NCBI RefSeq assembly: GCF_006345805.1
Contig: NC_043008.1
Location: forward strand, 60,512,001 to 60,576,000
Length of the DNA: 64,000 nucleotides
From: Octopus sinensis
Taxonomy: Eukaryota
Direction: 5' to 3'
The translations under genes were made by a program, and so were the position numbers. The notes under the pieces were generated by a model. It was given only the letters and a program-made list of their open reading frames with translations. It was not told where the DNA came from and ran no database searches. Shown here piece after piece: positions 40,514 through 54,393 of the stretch (positions are counted from its first letter, which is position 1; every line of letters starts with the position of its first letter).

Positions 40514-41218
40514 ATAGAAAAACACGCATACAGACATATATATTTCTTTAACAGAGAGGCATAGATAAACAGAATCCACACCCGTATTCATGGCACGTAA
40601 ATAGATTAGAGTTATCTTGTGTAAGAGATTTGTTATTAAAGTAATATTGGTGAAGTTCTGTTTATCGGAAATTAGTTCATAGTAAAATATCTTTCTGAAC
40701 ACGTTAGTTTCATTAATCGACGAAAAATGACAGGATGAAAGAAAGTAATTAAGATTTAACTGAATGCATTTCACCTGGATTAATTAGGTAAGTAGATCTG
40801 AAAATTATGTTTAATTTCCTCTCTCAATCAGCGTATTTCTAATGAGAGGAACTTTTCAATGTATTCAGTCTATCAGCAAATTTCAAAGAATAGAAAAATG
40901 GTTTCAGAGGAAGACTTGTCTGTGACATTAGAAAGGCTTCTTAAATGACTAGTTCTATTTTAAGTCAAAGAATAAGTTTCCACGTCGGGTGGTAACATAC
41001 TTGAAATAACAGCCAAATGGTTCTCAAATTATTTTCTGGCATGTTTAAGAAAGAACACGTTGAATTAATGGAGTTCATTGTTCCTTGTGAATACAACACT
41101 AGAAAAGACGGTGCACAAGTGTCTCATTGATCGGAATTGGCCGACGTCTACAAATAAAAACAGAGAGGACACATCTATCTGAAATTTACTCTCGCAATGC
41201 TTTTGAATAATTATATAA

Positions 41219-41859
41219 ACTTTTCTAATCTATACAATTATATAACCTTTTCTACTCTAGGTACAAGGCCCGAACTTTTTTTAGGAAGGCGGCCAGTCGA
41301 TTAGATCGACTTCAGTATGTAACTAATACTTAATTTGTCGACCCCGAAAAGATGAAAAGTAAAGTCGACCCCAGCGGAATTTGAACTCTGAACGTAAAGA
41401 CAGACGAAATACCTATTTCTTTATTACCCACAAGGGGCTAAACACAGAGGGGACAAACAAGGACAGACATAGGTATTAAGTCGATTACATCGACCCCAGT
41501 TCGTAACTGGTACTTAATTTATCGACCCCGAAAGGATGAAAGGCAAAGTCGACCTCGGCGGAATTTGAACTCAGAACGTGGCGGCAGACGAAATACCGCT
41601 AAGCATTTCGCCCGGCGTGCTAACGTTTCTTATTTCTTTATTGCCCACAAGGAGCTAAACAGAGGGGACAAACAAGGATAGACAAACGGATCAAGTCGAT
41701 TATATCGACCCCAGTGCGTAACTGGTACTTGTTTAAGCGACCCCGAAAGGATGAAAGGCAAAGTCGACCTCGGCGGAATTTGAAGTCAGAACGTGAAGTC
41801 AGGCGAAATACAGCGAAGCATTTTGTACGTCGTGCTAACGTTTCTGCCAGCTCGCCGCC
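41219..41859 (-). mobile_element. SINE-C trimer (tail-1, tail-1, tail-2)
   Basis: Junctions at 41630/41631 and 41413/41414; 17-bp TSD TTTGAATAATTATATAA at 41202-41218 and 41860-41876. Confidence 0.9.
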
Positions 41860-42697
41860 TTTGAATAATTATATAATGACATTGGGCTGGTATGTATGTT
41901 ATGAATTATTGTACTATGAGTTATTTCATAAGTAGATACATACATACCGCACACACACACACACACACACACACACTACAAACACATGTGAAATAATACA
42001 AAGATTTTGTCATGCACAATGTGACAAAGAACAAAATTCGAGAGTGACCATTGCGACTTTGATATATAGTATAGCTCAGGTCTTCCTGGGTAAGAGGAAA
42101 AGCAAGGCCGGAACGTTCAAGAGAAAGTTTAGGGCTTGCCAAGTAATTAAGAGATGCTTTTTCTCGAAATCCTTACTGGAGTTCAGCTCCATTCTCAAGT
42201 TTGACTTAAGGCTTAATTTCTTATTTATTACATCCACACTTGTAAAGTGGTATTGTCATTTGTCCTGTCAAGGATTCTAACCACCTTCTATCTACAAGTA
42301 TGGGAATGTATAGTGACGTGTTCCGTTTAATCACTGACGACCTGACTATGAGACAACAAACAATGTTTTATACAAATACTGTCATAATAACATACCATTT
42401 AATATTTGTGAGAAATCGTGAGATTTGATGAATCAGTTTAATAGTCATTGTTCTCAAGAATAACAACCACAATATTTCAGATTTTCACCTGCTGAACATT
42501 GAAATTTGACCTCTGTGTGGGAGAGAGAGATTTACATTTTATTTCGCTTCTTGACATGAAATTGTATCAAAACATAAGGCCATTACAAGACTGAAAAACC
42601 TTGTATACAAAGAAATAAGAATACCAATGCCAACACGTGCACTCACATTCACGCATACATACATCTTTATATATATATATAAATTCATTCCCTTAAT

Positions 42698-43055
42698 CTT
42701 TTATTTGTTTCAGTCATTTGACTGCGGCCATGCTGGAGCACCACCTCGGAGGATTTTAGTCGAACAAATCGACCTCAGAACTTATTTTTGAAGCATATCG
42801 GTCTCATTTGCCGCACCGCTATGTTACGCGTATGTAAATACACCAACACCGGTTGTCAAGCGGGAATGCGGTGACAAATACACACACACAGAGGTATGTA
42901 AACATATATATATGACAGGCTTCCTTCAGTTTCGGTCTACCAAATCTACTCACAAGGCATTAGTCGGCCGAGACTATTAGTAAAAAACACTTGCCCAGTG
43001 TGCCACTGAACCAGTAGCCATTTTGTTGGGAAGTAAGCTTTCTACCAAACACCAA
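42698..43055 (-). mobile_element. SINE family B, diverged
   Basis: TTTCAGTCATTTGACTGCGGCCATGCTGGAGCACC through CACTTGCCCA. Confidence 0.85.
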
Positions 43056-43061
43056 GTGCGT

Positions 43062-43343
43062 GGGAAGGCACCTGACTTAGTGGTTAGTGGGTATTCAGCT
43101 CACAAGTATCATAGTCGACCGGTTTCGCATTTCGCTAATAAAGACACACAGTTGTCAAGAATGAGTGATTCAGGTACTTGAAAGGGCTAGACTTTTCACA
43201 TTCTGTGTCACACTGTGTCTCTTTGAGAACTACTTTAAGGGCACATGCGTTTGTGGAGTGCTCAGTACGTTAACTTCATGAGCAGGCTGTTCCGTTGATC
43301 GGCCTAACTGGAACCATTATTCGTCATAATCGACAGGGTACCA
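43062..43343 (+). mobile_element. Additional tRNA-headed SINE-like element (single copy here)
   Basis: A-box-like TGACTTAGTGGTTAG and degenerate GGTTTCGCATTTC B-box; body unrelated to A/B/C. Confidence 0.45.
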
Positions 43344-43362
43344 TTGCAATATTTTCACAAAC

Positions 43363-43760
43363 CAAGGCGGTGAGCTCGCAGAATCGTTAGCACGCCGGGT
43401 TAAATGCTTGGCGGTATTTCGTGTGCCGTTACGTTCTGAGTTCAAATTCCGCCGAGGTCGACTTTGCCTTTCATCCTTTCGGGGTCGAGTAAATAACTAC
43501 CAATTGCGCACTGAGGTCGATATAATCGACTTAATCCATTTGTCTGTCTTTGTTTGTCCTCTCTGTGCTTAGCCCCTTGTGGGTAGTAAAGAAATTGGTA
43601 TTTCGTCTCTCTTTACGTTCCCAGTTCAAATTCCGCCGACGTTAACTTTACTCTTTATCCTTTCGAGGTCGATAAATTAATTACCAGTTGCGTACTGGAT
43701 TCGGTCTAATCGACTGTCCCTCTCCCTAAAATTCCAGGCCTTGTGCCTAGAGTAGAAAAG
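43363..43760 (+). mobile_element. SINE-C dimer (tail-1, tail-2)
   Basis: Junction GAAATT|GGTATTTCGTC at 43596/43597; 15-bp TSD AATATTTTCACAAAC at 43348-43362 and 43761-43775. Confidence 0.9.
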
Positions 43761-43925
43761 AATATTTTCACAAACTTGAACGCCATGAACATTATTTACA
43801 TTATTTACAATCGACGGAAATTTGTCCTCATCTTGTTTGTTGTCAACACAACGTTTTGGCTAATGTACCCTCCAGCCTTCATCAGTTGTCTTGGGAAAAT
43901 TTCTCATTCCTAATGTATTTTTCGG

Positions 43926-43927
<2 letters not shown>

Positions 43928-43973
<46 letters not shown>

Positions 43974-44052
43974 CTTTCAGGTCACTGCTTGGAATCGAAC
44001 TCGGAATCTTGGGGTTAGTAGCCTGCGCTCTTAATCACTACGCCATATGCCC
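43928..44052 (-). mobile_element. Very short tRNA-derived SINE or tRNA retropseudogene with (TAA)n tail
   Basis: GGGCATATGGCGTAGTGATTAAGAGCGCAGG-CTACTAA-CCCCAAGATTCCGAGTTCGATTCCAAGCAGTGACC; A- and B-boxes present, acceptor stem does not pair. Confidence 0.7.
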
Positions 44053-44378
44053 GTCGTGGTTAGCAAAACGCGAAACCGTTCTACTACCATAGTATTCTAT
44101 CCCTTAAAATGGATTAAAAATATACAAATTCTGTGCATTTTCCTTCTTTTATTCTATAATTTATCACTACAACTCACCATGTGCGGAGAAACTCTTCAAC
44201 GAAATCCTTTTTCTATCTATCTAGCTAGCTATCTCTCTATCTACATATGTTTTTTTTAAGATTTTGGTGCATTGTGGCGCATACATGCATATACGCACAT
44301 ACACACACACATATGTATATATCTAAATATATATATATATGTATATATGTATGTGTATATATATATATATATATATAA

Positions 44379-44409
<31 letters not shown>

Positions 44410-44569
44410 AGATTATAGCGTAAATAATAGGCATCAAATTGCGCTATAGGAACTGACCTACTTAACAAAACACGAATCTAATCAGTCACACAGAAAGATG
44501 AAAAGAGAAGAATAGGACTACAGTGTGAATTGATCTCTCATCGAATGGAAATGCAACTAAAACACCTGA

Positions 44570-44960
44570 AGCATTTTTGTTCAACAACCTACCTATTCCA
44601 AGATGTAGCTAAACAATTCCAGTATCTGACCAGCCTAGCTGAAGTGATTTGAGTCCGTAACTAACTCTACTACAATGGCACAGATTCACTACCGAATCAC
44701 GAAACATGCGAAACGTCACAAAATTTAGATGGAGAAAAGGAGGAATAAAAAGATTCCCCCAAAACAAGCTATCGCATCCCTTCCTCTGCATCGCTGCGTT
44801 GCTTTGGAAATTAACACATAAACACTGTAGGAACTGAAACGTTTCAATAATAACATTACTTCTTCTCCGCATTGTTTATTTCGATGTTTTGCCAAGCTGA
44901 TCATAGGTCTAAACGACAGTAAAACTGAGTCCAATCGATTTGTTGATCTGGAAATCTATT
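44570..44960 (+). mobile_element. Possible highly decayed RTE-type LINE ORF2 fragment
   Basis: Manual, multi-frame translations KQFQYLTS, IHYRITK and ELKRF loosely follow the RTE post-RT motif order (KFKYLGS, EI..RI.K, .LERF); many stops. Confidence 0.25.
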
Positions 44961-45010
44961 CGACCACTAAACATTTAAAAAGGTAATATGTTCCTTCCAA
45001 ACATATACTG

Positions 45011-45065
<55 letters not shown>

Positions 45066-46778
45066 CATACATACAGGCATGAAAATATATCTATATATAT
45101 TAATACATACATACACACATATATCTCTACACACACATACACAAACACATATATACGTGTGGGCGTGTATTTGTGTATGTATATATATATATTCAGTATG
45201 TATTTCTATACATATATACATTTACCAATATATACATATAGGCATGTATAAATATAAATATATATACATATATATATGCATGTGTATATATATATATGGA
45301 TATATATATATGTATGTATATGCACACACACACACACCACACACTCAGACACACACGCATATATACAATCATACGTACAGTTATGTGTATATATGTATGT
45401 ATACATGTATATACGATTTTCAAATAATAATCCTGCCCTCCATATCCAGTTTCTGTTTGATGATGGTGTGTATACGTTTATACTGAAGGGATGAACATGA
45501 AAATCATTCACAAAAATCGAACAAGGAGATTCATTCAAGTGAAGTGAAAGATAAAACTCAGCAGAATGGAAATTTCCCTGTGTGCGGTAGGGCTTCAGAA
45601 GAAATCTGGTTTCATATGTTGATCTAACAGTAAGTTCTCACAACAGATATGGTAGTAATCTTTAAGGTCAATGTGAAAAATATTTCTACTACATTTACAC
45701 TACTATTCATAAACTTAGAAGATCATGTGTCGGAGATATATGTATGTGCTTGTATCAGTATCCTTGCATATGTGCTTGCTTTTGTGTGTACGCATCTAGG
45801 AACTTATAAATAAGTTGTGAAGAGCTGTATGTTGCTTTGAAGATAGATAAGTGATTTATATATTTGCGAGTTTATATTATGGGTATCGGGTTTGTATTGA
45901 CGACGCAATATCTATAGAAATTAATTAAATTTCAAATAAATAATCTGAACAACAATTGAGAACGAAATAGCTTATTTGCCAGCGAAATCAATTTTGTAAT
46001 TAACATTTATGACCCCACGATACCACTACAAGTACAAATACGTTTTTCAGTCTATCGTAGTTTTCTTACTACTTCCTCTTCTATTTTGTCTGTATCCATA
46101 CTTTCACTCGCTCTGTATATATCTCTATAGACTTATAAGCATCCATCAGAGCACACCCCTTTACACATATATGCACATATGTTTAATCAAATAACATAGA
46201 TGCATTTCATCATCCCACAGACACTATGTATATATATATGTGTGTGTTTGTGTAGGGAGAAAGAGAGAGAGAGAGAAAGAGAGAGAGAAGCAGATAGACA
46301 TATAGTTAGATAGATTGACAGATAGACTGTTTCGTAGAGTAATGGATAGACAGATAGATATGTAGAAAGTCTTTAATACGGTTATCTTTTGATAATTTGG
46401 TAGAGAAATGCAATATTAAATTTGAGAATATACACTATGCACACATACTCATACATAGAAGTACTAATAAAAATACAGACTAACACTATACTAATATAAT
46501 CATATTTTTATGAGATACTCAGTATGATCCAGAGAGTTAGGACTAATTTTGCTTCAGCGTAATAAATCTAGTGAAGAGGTGCTAAAAGTTAGATAATAAG
46601 AAATTAAACCACCCATCACCCCCCCCCAAAAAGTAAAGGTTGACAGAACAAAACAGCGGTAAACTGTATTATACCAGTTTTACGCTACGAGAAAGAAACA
46701 TGGAGTCTCAATAATTCAGGCTGCGGCTCTTCTTCAAAAGAGGCTGGGTAGAATAGCAAGCATTCTGTGTTACCAGAA

Positions 46779-46909
<131 letters not shown>

Positions 46910-46910
46910 G

Positions 46911-47134
46911 AGAGGAAGCTTTACGAAAATAAACAAAAGACGAAGGCAGGTGGAGTACAAACAAGCAATTGTATTAGTATGGCGCTCAGGAATAGAAATA
47001 AAACAAGTCTTTTACGTTTCGATCCTACGCTCTTCAACAGAAAGATACACAGAAAAGAAACACGGAGAGAAACAAGGAGAGAAAAAAAATGCGTGCAGGA
47101 GCTAACGAATCAACATGGCGGTCACATATGCAAG
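46911..47134 (-). mobile_element. Penelope-like-derived element, degenerate hammerhead motif (47013-47040)
   Basis: Reverse strand TCTTT-CTGTTGA-AGAGCGTAGGATC-GAAACGTA-AAAGA (5-bp stem I); 3' end abuts (TA)n(TG)n. Confidence 0.7.
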
Positions 47135-47717
47135 TTTATATATACACAGCGACAAACAGGGGGAGAGTTAATTAAATAGAATTATATAATACATAATAAG
47201 ACAAATGATGACGGAGATATATGCATTAATTGAAATGCTACTGCAAGTATAGATGGAATAACAAGGGTATTATGAAATATAAGAAACAAGGACACAAAAA
47301 GACTTTTATATTCTGTTAGAAAAACGAGCAGTAAGTGTTACTTGAACTGTCGCTTACGATTGGACATATTTGGACTGTGTAGAATTTATTTGTATGAAAT
47401 CTTTCACAAGCTCAAAGTGTTAAGAGAATGATTTTGATTGTCTACCTAGCCAAAATATATACAACGGCAAAACGTAATAACAGGTTGGAGAACTCAATGA
47501 TGTTTGTAGCGTCTGTTAAGGGATAGTTAAAATAACATTGATTTGGATAGTGATGATGATGATAATGATACACATAATGATGCAGATGATATTGGATTTA
47601 AAAGAAGCTGAAATAAAAATATAGATGATTATGCTGATGATGATTACTGATGATGCTTATAGTAATGACAAAGACGATGGTAATAATAATGATTAAAACA
47701 GTTGCCGTGAGGACAAT

Positions 47718-47940
47718 GATAATTCTTTCTGTTATAGGTACAAGGCCAGAAAGTTTGGGGTAGGGAGCCCATTGATTACATCGATCCCAGTTCTCAACTG
47801 GTTCTTATTTCCGCGACTCTCATATGGATGAAAGACAAAGTTGACCTTGACGGAATTTTAACTCAGAAAGTACAGCCTAAAGAAGTGCCCGAAAGCATTT
47901 CGTTCGGCGTTCTAACGATTCTATCAAGCTGTCGCCTTAG
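47718..47940 (-). mobile_element. SINE family C monomer with tail-2, diverged
   Basis: Tail GGCCTTGTACCTATAACAGAAAGAA; head GGCGACAGCTTGATAGAATCGTTAG. Confidence 0.8.
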
Positions 47941-48189
47941 CGAGACAATAATAATGTTAATAGTAACGAAGATGACAATGTCGACGACAACGGTGATGAT
48001 GAAAGCGATGATTTTGATTATGAAGATGGTTATGATGATGAGGAGAATGGTTCGGATGCTAGTTTTAGGAGTAGTCGTGACGATACTGATGATACTTAAA
48101 TTTATCAATTGTTACAACTATACAAAAGCAACAAACTCCGACTAAACGAAAAGATATGATGATGAGACAGCAATAGTGAGGATTATAAG

Positions 48190-48370
48190 GCATCGAACTG
48201 GTAGAAACGTTAGCACGATGGGTGAAATGATTGGTTGGTACTTTATTTGTCGACCACGAAAGAATAAAAAGCAAAGTCGATCCGGTAGAATTTGAACTCA
48301 GAACGTAAAAACGGACTAAATACCACTGAAATTTTTGTCTGGTTTGCTAACCGTTCTGACAACTCGCCGT
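48190..48370. mobile_element. SINE-C: + strand head fragment joined to a - strand 5' half
   Basis: GAACTGGTAGAAACGTTAGCACG (+) at about 48196-48220, then GGTACTTTATTTGTCGAC..GAATTTGAACTCAGAACG..CAACTCGCC (-). Confidence 0.65.
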
Positions 48371-49849
48371 ATCAGTAACAGCAATAATAACAAGAAGAAC
48401 AAGAAGAAGAACAACAACGACAGCAATAATATGATGGTGATGATAATGAAGATGAGAATGTTGATGTTAGTGGTGATGATGAGTATCAACAACAATAACA
48501 GGAGGAAACAATAAGATGAAAGAACGAAATATTAGAAAACAGAAGACAACATATGATGGAGAGAAAAAAAAACTATGAATGATAAATTGCTGAAGAAGAA
48601 AACCCGAAAAGAATATTACTCTCTGATAGATTAAAAAAGACCAGAGCAGAATAAGAACAAAACAGAAAGAGAGAATTAGTACAAGAAAATGGCGGCAAGA
48701 CATTTTTCTGTTTCCACATTAGCCATTGTTCATAAAGCAGAAGATGATAACAGCGAAATATGGGAGAAAACTATAGAAAAAAATATGAAAACTTAAAATA
48801 AATAAACAAGTATTCTGTTGAAGACAGAGATTTTGTTTGGGTTGATCACGTGGTTAATATAACTTTCCAGGAATGATCATTAACGCTAACCAAATTCCAA
48901 GTAAGTTGTATGCTTTATTTATACATTTTTATTCGAAATCTGTTTTTGTCACTAGGTTGGCTGATTATATTGTTGTTATTGTTATTAAGGTCCAGATCAG
49001 TTTTGATCGATGCAGATTTATGTTCCAAATTATTCCATCCATGACTGTCCAATCTTTATTTTCAGACATATTCTTTCTAGGACCTCATTATCCAATATGC
49101 CTTTTGTGTAATATATATATTTTTTAAGATGGCGGAACGTGATTTGAACGAGACGTATGCCACTGATACTTCTAGCTATCAGGCTGCTATCTCCAAATGG
49201 TTGACTGACCAACTAAATGTTCCCTTGTTGGTGCAGTTGACTGGCTTTTATTCAATGACGGTGTGAAGAGTGAAGGATCCTTTACGATAGAACGCTTTTA
49301 ATGTATTGACTCTTTGACGCAATTTTATTCTTTTACAAAATACATTTTTGTTCTCAAATGGAAATCAAAAACAAAATTTAAATGAATAGCATAAAGTCAG
49401 CTGCTTTAGCGAGACACATTATGTTGAGCAGAAGATGCATATAAAGCAGTGCTATTAGATGACAGAGCCAATATAAAGCAGGTCAACCGATGGTGATTCG
49501 TAGGCTTTATTCCGCCTTCATATCAGCGATGTGTCCATAGCTAACCATGCTTAGATATTTAAAAAAATAGGCTTCCAACTTCCAAGTAGGTACTACAGGA
49601 TGGAGTAGTTCATTTCTGTGCCTCAGGGACAGCACAGTAACATTACTGATGAGTATATTGTGGATGGGTATAATAGAATTAATAGTGACCTTGTCTGTTT
49701 CCTTTATTAAATCACTCTCAGAAAAGACTCTCTTTCCCTTTTTTCTTTCTTTCTTTCTTTGTTTCCTTCCTTTTTGTTTCCCTCTCTTTCCCCACAGACT
49801 CCTCTTTCACAGGCATATATGTCCTAGCTGACTTTGGAGGAAGTGACCA

Positions 49850-50330
49850 TTCAGTGATCATAGCCGGGCAACAGAGGCAGGCGAAAACTGAACGGTTAAG
49901 CATTCGGTTGAAACTGTTGTAAGTTAAATTATGTCGAAAATGTATAGACAGAAAGGAGATTTTAAGGTTTGATGATCTGGGGAGGAACAGTTTGGCATTG
50001 TGGTAACTACCAGGACCAGAAGTGGGAGAGGGCAACAGTTATGACAAAGGTGGTGCGTGAGGGGAAAAGCATCGTGACCAGTCAGTGTGTATCGTATGTG
50101 CCGTATAAAATTTTGTTTGAACTACTTGGAGTTAGTTGCATGCTGGAATGAAGAGCGACAGATGAGTGACCCATCTCCTGTTGGGTTACCTGTATTCTTT
50201 AAGTGGCCGAGAAATAAAATCGTGGAACGTCAGCTAAAAGCCTTGCAGCTTTGGTCGTTTGCATTATGCAACCTCATGGCACCAAATTCAACTTTGTCTT
50301 ATATCATTCCAGTGTCGATAAAATAGAATA
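49850..50330 (-). mobile_element. Decayed CR1/L2-group LINE, ORF2 C-terminal region
   Basis: Frameshifted manual translation in the expected order: QTTKAARLLAD, RRWVTHLSLF, FLPRSSNL.N, FNLQQF, resembling CR1-type Q.KA.RLI.D / RRNVASLSLF / FFPRTS.LWNSLP / YNLQ.FK. Confidence 0.5.
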
Positions 50331-50779
50331 CGAAACACAAACTTGAGAAGATTCATCTCATTATTTTTCATTCAGAACCAGCTCGTAGCAAACTGGTTAT
50401 CGTTATTCACATAAAAATGCCAGGCGGATCCAAATTCGAGCAAAAAAAAAATTGGTTAATCTTGATGTGAACAATATCTTCTCGTAAAAAAATTGTAGTC
50501 TAGAAGCCGCTAAAATAAATTGAAGGAAACTACTTTCCTTCCCTGAGGTAGATATGATTGACTAAGGAGTAAGTATTATTATAGTTTTTAGTATGAACAT
50601 ATTAAAGAGTGCTCAAAACGTCAAATAGAAGAGATATATTCGTATTAAACTTGATTACTTTTCTCTTATACCTGCGGTTGTTTCCCAAACAGACGATCGC
50701 CATTTGGGAAATCAACGAAGTCATTCCAACTACTTTTTTCTTTCTCCCTCTGATCTTATCTCTGTCTTTTCTATCGTAA

Positions 50780-50873
50780 TATATGTATGTATGTATGTAT
50801 ATATGTTTGTATGTATATATATATATGTATATATATATATATGTATATATATATGTATATATATATATGTATA

Positions 50874-50936
<63 letters not shown>

Positions 50937-50953
50937 GTATGTATATATATGTG

Positions 50954-51012
<59 letters not shown>
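50780..51012. repeat. Compound (TATG)/(TA)n/(GA)n microsatellite
   Basis: Direct reading. Confidence 0.95.
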
Positions 51013-52329
51013 CCAAATACTGATACTTTGAAATGCCTTCAGTCACTAAGGTCTACGTAATATATATATAGGTATATATACAGATGTATATGTGTGTGCG
51101 TGCGTGTGTGCGTGTGTAAGTGTGTTTGTGTGTGTATGTGCCTGTGTGCGTGTATTTGTGTATGTATTATATGTATGTGAGCGTTATTTCTTCGGGATTT
51201 ATTTAAAATTGCACTTAGCGGGATTGCAATCGTATTGCGGTTTGACAGTCTCTATCTCGTTTGTTATTTTCTATCAAAATATGGAGACATAGAAGCACCC
51301 CTATTTCTCCAGTTGCTTAGGTATGTAGTATCTATACCTTGTTCTTGGAGAGCATAAGCATGGCCATCTAGTGAGGTCTATCACACCATGTATGTATATA
51401 TGTATATACTTATGGGTATAGACACCGATGTATGCCCACAAGACGTACGTTTTTTTAAATACACATTTTTAGTAGAAATATCTTTTAAATAGATCAATGA
51501 ATATTCTTGTATTAATACTGATGGAATGAGAGGAAGCTGCTCTGAAATGTTTACTGTGTAAGTTTTACTATTTAAATCTAGATATAAAAGAGGATGGACT
51601 TTTAGAAGCGCGAGACAGAAGTAGAATCTATACTATTTGTGTATAAATGAAAGTCATATTGAATCCAATTTATATTGGCGAAGCACCTAATTCCATTCTG
51701 CAGAATCTGTATTGTTGAGCTAATCCTATATGAACCAATAGATGCATAACTAACGGTTTAATCGTTTAGTAAGGAAATACATATATTCGAAGCGGATTAT
51801 ACTAATGGAAAATACATATCCGATTAAAAGCAAGAAAGATTAAGTAGCTCTTCAAGTGGAAAGCAAACTTTAGGTTCGATTTCTGCGTGGAAATTTGTGG
51901 AAATTATTATCTTATTTTCCGAAGTGTAGCTTAATTTCTTAACATATAGACTCAAACAAGCTTGCACTTTCACACACAGACACTCATTCCTACACATAAA
52001 TATATTAATGTAACCAAGTAACGTCGTTGTGCATATCTTTTCAAGTGTGGTTATAACAGTCACGTTGAATCCTTTTGAAATTTTTTAGTAACATCAATGG
52101 AAAAATGTGTTAAAGATTAGATCATTCCTGAAAACTTCAAAAACGTTGTTACAGGTTCTACGAATGATCACTGAGCCATAGCTTAAGTTGATGTACGTGT
52201 GACAGGCGAATGCCTATAACAAGTCATCAACAGAGTCGCATGAGAGAAAGAATGTAAGCAAACTGTGTTTTATCAAGGGAACAAGACTAGTTTTTCCTCT
52301 AAGCCACGCAGATATTTAAGTGATATCTT

Positions 52330-52985
52330 ATTCATTTGTAGAGAGAGAAGATTTCATGTTATGCGCGTCATCTTTAAAACGGAGAGCAAGGCGTAAGCCC
52401 AAGAGTGGGGACCACCGTCAGGAACAGCTGTGCTGATGTCGTGCAATGGCTGCGAGACATCTACGAGATAGAATTTCTACCCACAAAAACTTATTGAGTG
52501 AGAGAGCAGCGCATACGATCAGAGTGACACTGGAGTACAAATATACGAGTCCCAATGTACCCGTCATGACTATGGTGACCTCATATCAAGATATATAGCG
52601 CATGGCCTTGTATGTGGGGTTCAGTTACAATTTTCTTCAGGTCGAGTAACACATCCCGCTCAATAGGTCCCTGAATAAGGTTAGTTTAAAGAGGTGAATT
52701 ATTCAAATCCCCAAAAAATCCTCTCAAAACATGACTATGATGCTCCCCCACTACTTCTGCTCGTGATCGGAGAAGCACACATCATCAGCCACCAAGGGAC
52801 ATGCTCATGTGGTTAAAGTCAAGCAATTGACAAGCAAATCTGTGGTATTGAATAATCTGTATCCCATCTTTTATACCAACACAAAACATGTAAATGATAC
52901 CACTTCTATTGAGCTAAGATTAGATATAATGGGATCTAGTGACTGGTGCTGCATCAGGGCATTTATTATTACTATTATTATTATC
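52330..52985 (+). mobile_element. Probable retroposon remnant of unknown class ending in a (TTA)n tail
   Basis: Relatively GC-richer block ending GCATCAGGGCATTTATTATT; single copy here, class not determinable. Confidence 0.35.
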
Positions 52986-52992
52986 AATAAAA

Positions 52993-53387
52993 GGTGCCGA
53001 GCTGGCAGAGTCGTTAGCGCGCCAGAAGAAATTCCTAACGGTATTTCGTCTGCCGCTACGTTCTGAGTTCAAATTCCGCCGAGGTCGACTTTGCCTTTCA
53101 TCCTTTCGGGGTCAATAAATTAAGTACCAGTTACGCACTGGGGTCGATATAATCGACTTAATCCCTTTGTTTGTCCTTGTTTGTCCTCTCTGTGCTTAGC
53201 CCCTTGTGAGTCGTAAAGAAATAGGTATTTCGTCCGTCGCTTCGTTCTGAATTCAAATCCCGCCGAGGTCGACTTTGCCTTTCATACTTTTGGAGTCGAT
53301 AAAAGACACACAAGTTGAACACTGGAGTCGATGTAATCGACTTATTCCCTTCCCCAAAATTGCTGCCGTTATGGAAAAATTTGAAAC

Positions 53388-53420
<33 letters not shown>
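52993..53420 (+). mobile_element. SINE-C dimer (tail-1, tail-2) with (TTA)n end
   Basis: Junction GAAATA|GGTATTTCGTC at 53223/53224; second unit visibly more diverged. Confidence 0.9.
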
Positions 53421-53421
<1 letters not shown>

Positions 53422-54027
53422 TGGCATGTCACATTGGATTGCTGAAAACAAATTTTGGGTTATCTACAAATCATATGTAGTTTTCTTGTTCTTGTAATCA
53501 TTATTATTTTTTTCTGTAATTATTATTTTCTTTAATGTTATTATTATTATTGCTATTATTATTACTATTGTCATTATTATCATTTCCATTTGCTCTCTAA
53601 GTTATTGTTTGTCTAGTTGCTATTCCCGTTGTTTGTAAAGATGTAAGGAAATAAAATTTCGACCTCGGATTGCATGTCTGCAAATCTTGGTAAAACTTTC
53701 TCGGTAATCCTATATGGATATGGACAGACAGACAGAACACGCAAACGGGACTTGCTTCTTAGAGTCAATCTCCAAGCGAGCAGTACAAATGCATTTTAAA
53801 TCAGATTTGTGCTCATGTGCCATCTGACCGAACTATATTCTAAGATCCAAGTCTGCAACAGTCATTTCAGCTGATTGTTATATTTATTTAATAGTATAGT
53901 TATTTATTTCTTTATTGTTTCACGATTTGGTTCTCGGAATATTAGCAAATGTTTCACTTGTAATTCATTAAAGATAAAAATACGTCAGCATAGGTTTAAT
54001 GTAGGAACAATCACTAATTATATATAT

Positions 54028-54084
<57 letters not shown>

Positions 54085-54172
54085 ATGTGTGTGTGTGTGT
54101 GCATTTGTGTATGTGTGTTGTGTGTGTATGTATATATAATGCATTTACATATATTTACACAAAAAACATGCA

Positions 54173-54333
54173 TACAGGAGTGGCTGTGTGGTAAGTAGCT
54201 TGCTAACCAACCACATGGTTCCGGGTTCAGTCCCACTGCGTAACATCTTGGGCAAGTGTCTTCTACTATAGCCCCGGGCCGACCAATGCCTTGTGAGTGG
54301 ATTTGGTAGTCGGAAACTGAAAGAAGCCTGTCG

Positions 54334-54393
<60 letters not shown>

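Noticed and set aside
41219-41859. Regularly repeated ~200-bp units resembling a CRISPR or satellite array
   Set aside because: Eukaryotic context, no unique spacers, no cas genes; the units are SINE monomers.
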